Shown in pieces: positions 46,436 to 49,095 of a stretch of DNA of 49,095 bases. Source of the stretch: Theionarchaea archaeon (GTDB taxonomy: Archaea; Methanobacteriota_B; Thermococci; Methanofastidiosales; SZ-28-30); the NCBI GenBank assembly GCA_018992565.1, contig JACVGW010000012.1, forward strand, positions 1 through 49,095, read 5' to 3'. How positions within the stretch are numbered: the stretch's first letter is position 1; the number at the start of each line of letters is the position of its first letter. Under the pieces are notes generated by a model, which had not been told where the DNA came from, searched no databases, and saw only the letters and a list, made by a program, of their open reading frames with translations. The translations under genes and the position numbers were made by a program.

Positions 46436-47907
46436 AGAGCGTGAAGAGAAAATACTGGGGAGTCATCATGGTGGGTATCCTGGCTGTTAGTGTGTACTGT
46501 GGAGTAAGAGTCTTCCATTCTGAAGAGTCTGGAACATCTGGAGTGGAGGATGAGGTACGAATAGTGCGACCTCCTGCTGTGGCAGGCCAATTCTACCCTT
46601 CTTCTGAAGAAGAGCTGCAGCAATCTGTAGCTATGTACCTGAATCAAGTTCCAGACCTAGATATATCTCATATTCGCGCCCTGGTGTGTCCCCATGCAGG
46701 ATACGTTTACTCGGGACTGACTGCAGCGTACTGTTATAAGCAGCTTGACGATGTGTACGATACTGTCATATTGATAGGGCCTTCCCATTACGTGTGGTTT
46801 CAGGGAGCATCTGTCCCTGATTATACGCATTACAGGACACCTCTGGGCCTGGTCAGAATATCTGATATTGTGTCTGACATGAAAGAGAACGGGTTTACTA
46901 CAGTTCCTCATGTACATGTTGAGGAGCACTGTCTGGAAGTACAGCTTCCTTTTTTGCAGACTGTGCTCTCTGATTTTGAGATTGTTCCCATCGTGGTGGG
47001 TGATATTGATCCTCAGGAACTTGCCTCCGCACTTCATCCCTACATTGATGAGCGGACTCTGGTCATTGCCTCCACTGATCTCAGCCATTACCACCCATAT
47101 GGGGAGGCGCAGGAGCTGGACGAGGCCTGCACTGCAGCTGTGCCTGCCCTGGATTTTGATAGAGTGTCGCACTGCGAAGCTTGTGGCATCAGGGCTGTGG
47201 AAGCTGTCATGCACCTGGCCCAACAGAATGGATGGCAGGGGAATCTCCTGGATTACAGAAATTCAGGGGATACTGCAGGAGGAAGAGACCAGGTGGTAGG
47301 GTACATGGCTGTGGCATTCTGCGGAACACTCTCAGAGGATAGCTCCTCACTTCTGGATGAACAGGAACAGGCATGTCTGCTGCAGTTGGCAAGGCAGACT
47401 CTTCAGCAGTACCTGACTGAGGGCACCTTTCCTGATGTTGATGAATCAGTGATGTCACCACGGTTGAAAGAGAACAGAGCATGTTTTGTGACGTTGAATA
47501 AGGAGGGAATGCTTCGAGGGTGTATTGGAACTTTCACTGCAGAGACAATGCTGTATCAGGCTGTTATGGAGAATGCAGTGAATGCTGCGCTGAGAGACCC
47601 TCGATTTGTTCCTCTTACCAGCGATGAGCTTGAGGAGGTCACTATCGAGATATCTGTTCTCACGACACCGTACCGCATATGGTACAGGGACAGTGACGAT
47701 CTCTGTGAAAAAATACGAGAGAAAGGTGTGATTATTACCTGGGGGAGGCAGAGGGCAACCTATCTTCCACAGGTGTGGGAACAGCTTCCGGATCCTGGGG
47801 AGTTTCTTTCTCATTTATGTGTCAAGGCGGGCCTTCCTTCCCTTTACTGGAAGCAAGGGGGTCTGGATGTCCAGATATACACAGCTCAGGTGTTTGGAGA
47901 AGAGTGA
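46432..47907 (+). CDS. amrB: Fused AmmeMemoRadiSam protein B (MEMO1) and protein A (AMMECR1) with N-terminal TM segment
   Basis: RPPAVAGQFYP, PHAGYVYSG, EHCLEVQLPFLQ and STDLSHY, then LRGCIG, DPRF and ATYLPQVW. ATGA overlap with amrS. Confidence 0.92.
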   Translation: MKSVKRKYWGVIMVGILAVSVYCGVRVFHSEESGTSGVEDEVRIVRPPAVAGQFYPSSEEELQQSVAMYLNQVPDLDISHIRALVCPHAGYVYSGLTAAYCYKQLDDVYDTVILIGPSHYVWFQGASVPDYTHYRTPLGLVRISDIVSDMKENGFTTVPHVHVEEHCLEVQLPFLQTVLSDFEIVPIVVGDIDPQELASALHPYIDERTLVIASTDLSHYHPYGEAQELDEACTAAVPALDFDRVSHCEACGIRAVEAVMHLAQQNGWQGNLLDYRNSGDTAGGRDQVVGYMAVAFCGTLSEDSSSLLDEQEQACLLQLARQTLQQYLTEGTFPDVDESVMSPRLKENRACFVTLNKEGMLRGCIGTFTAETMLYQAVMENAVNAALRDPRFVPLTSDELEEVTIEISVLTTPYRIWYRDSDDLCEKIREKGVIITWGRQRATYLPQVWEQLPDPGEFLSHLCVKAGLPSLYWKQGGLDVQIYTAQVFGEE

Positions 47908-48086
47908 GGTAGTCTTCAGCCTCTGGTGGGTGGGCTGGAATAGAAACGGTCTACTTTCTTAGAGCTGCGATATAGGCCACAAGTTAAACTGTTTCTTGAC
48001 AAATCTGATTTCAAATGAAACATCGGTCAAAAGAGGTTACTAGAGAAAAAAACAGAAGAAAATACAAAAAAGAAAGAAAAATATGA

Positions 48087-49094
48087 TTACAGCTGGTCAA
48101 TCAGGTCTTGAGCTGCTTCTCTGGTGGCGTCTCTGTCAGCACCTGCGATGATCAGGATGTCACAGTCACCGTATGGGTCGGTGATGTACTCCCATTCACC
48201 TGGTGAGGTGGTCCAGTCAACTGTGGATACTCCCTCGTCAACCAACTGCTTGACGACGATGTTAGCCACAGGTCCACCAATCAGGACCAGGTTGTATTCG
48301 CAGGCAGCTTTCCAGCCAGCAAAGTCGAGCTCAGTGTCCAACATGACTATGCCGATCTCGTCTATATCAGCCGGAGCAACTGTTGTGAAGGTTGTGGTCT
48401 GGACTGCTTCCATGATGGTGTCATAGTAGATACCATCAAAGTCAGGACATTCCATGCCAATAAGTCCACCAAACAGCACATCAGTTACTTCGATGGTGAA
48501 GTAGGGTGGGTCTCTTGGGTAGGGTCCTGGGATAGGCCACTTGTACTCACAGCCAGGGGCACACATCTTGTCACACAGAGCAATGTTGATCTCTACAATG
48601 GGCTGCCCAGCGCCTGTCCAGAGGACTGGGTCCTCAATATCGTAGAGGTCGATTGCACCTGCCTGTAATACCCAGTTCATGTCTCTACCATCGTTGAAGG
48701 TAGTGACACCTGCAACATCGTCCCTGTCCAAGTTGTCCTGTTCTGGGAAGTAGAATCCGGCACCATTCAGAGCGGTCCACTCGTATCCGATGTGACCGTC
48801 ATTGTTGTCCAGGAATCCATCTCCAATGAAGTTTGCAGGTCCAACCTGCAAGGTCCACCAGGCAAGACCTATCTGTGGCCAGGATCCAGTTCCAGGGGGC
48901 TGGTACAGGTAGTAGCCATTGACATCGTATGCGTCCCATCCAGACTCGTATGCGTCCAGGTACATCTGGTAGTTGTTGGCTTCTGTTACCCATGGGTCGC
49001 AGCACAGGTGGTTGTAGAACACTTTCTTGTTCTCCAGCCAGTATACCTTGATCTCAATACCAATCGTACCCTGGGCACCAATGAAGATCTTGAC
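48087..49094 (-). CDS. S-layer protein, C-terminal part (5' end beyond the window)
   Basis: 'NLVLIGGPVAN' and 'LIIAGADRDATREAA' are typical of the Methanococcales/Thermococcales S-layer C-terminal domain. The frame is open to the window end. Confidence 0.85.
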   Translation of the reverse strand, partial: VKIFIGAQGTIGIEIKVYWLENKKVFYNHLCCDPWVTEANNYQMYLDAYESGWDAYDVNGYYLYQPPGTGSWPQIGLAWWTLQVGPANFIGDGFLDNNDGHIGYEWTALNGAGFYFPEQDNLDRDDVAGVTTFNDGRDMNWVLQAGAIDLYDIEDPVLWTGAGQPIVEINIALCDKMCAPGCEYKWPIPGPYPRDPPYFTIEVTDVLFGGLIGMECPDFDGIYYDTIMEAVQTTTFTTVAPADIDEIGIVMLDTELDFAGWKAACEYNLVLIGGPVANIVVKQLVDEGVSTVDWTTSPGEWEYITDPYGDCDILIIAGADRDATREAAQDLIDQL

Positions 49095-49095
49095 A

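Overview
This is archaeal chromosomal DNA. It has TATA-box promoters, GGTGA/GAGG ribosome-binding sites, T-tract terminators, a 7S SRP RNA, an AglB/STT3 homologue, NurA/HerA, RuMP-pathway Phi and a Thermococcales-type S-layer C-terminus. A Thermococcales-related sediment lineage such as Theionarchaea is plausible but is only my inference. The main finding is a ~10 kb putative RiPP locus (24551-34240). It holds a tandem PqqD/RRE protein, five radical SAM/SPASM enzymes and an unannotated 46-aa Cys-rich precursor (26636-26776, below the ORF-track cutoff) with its own promoter, RBS and terminator. A second Thr-Cys-repeat protein lies at the edge of the locus. The second notable locus is a HisRS with a long insertion, followed by a divergent EF-1alpha paralogue, with structured intergenic regions on both sides and a divergent hutH. 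Several enzymes show altered catalytic motifs (AglB, MvaD-like, HIT, one transglutaminase). The rest is housekeeping, secreted or surface genes and an AmmeMemoRadiSam pair. No CRISPR array, tRNA, rRNA or transposase was seen. All assignments come from motifs read by eye, with no database searches.
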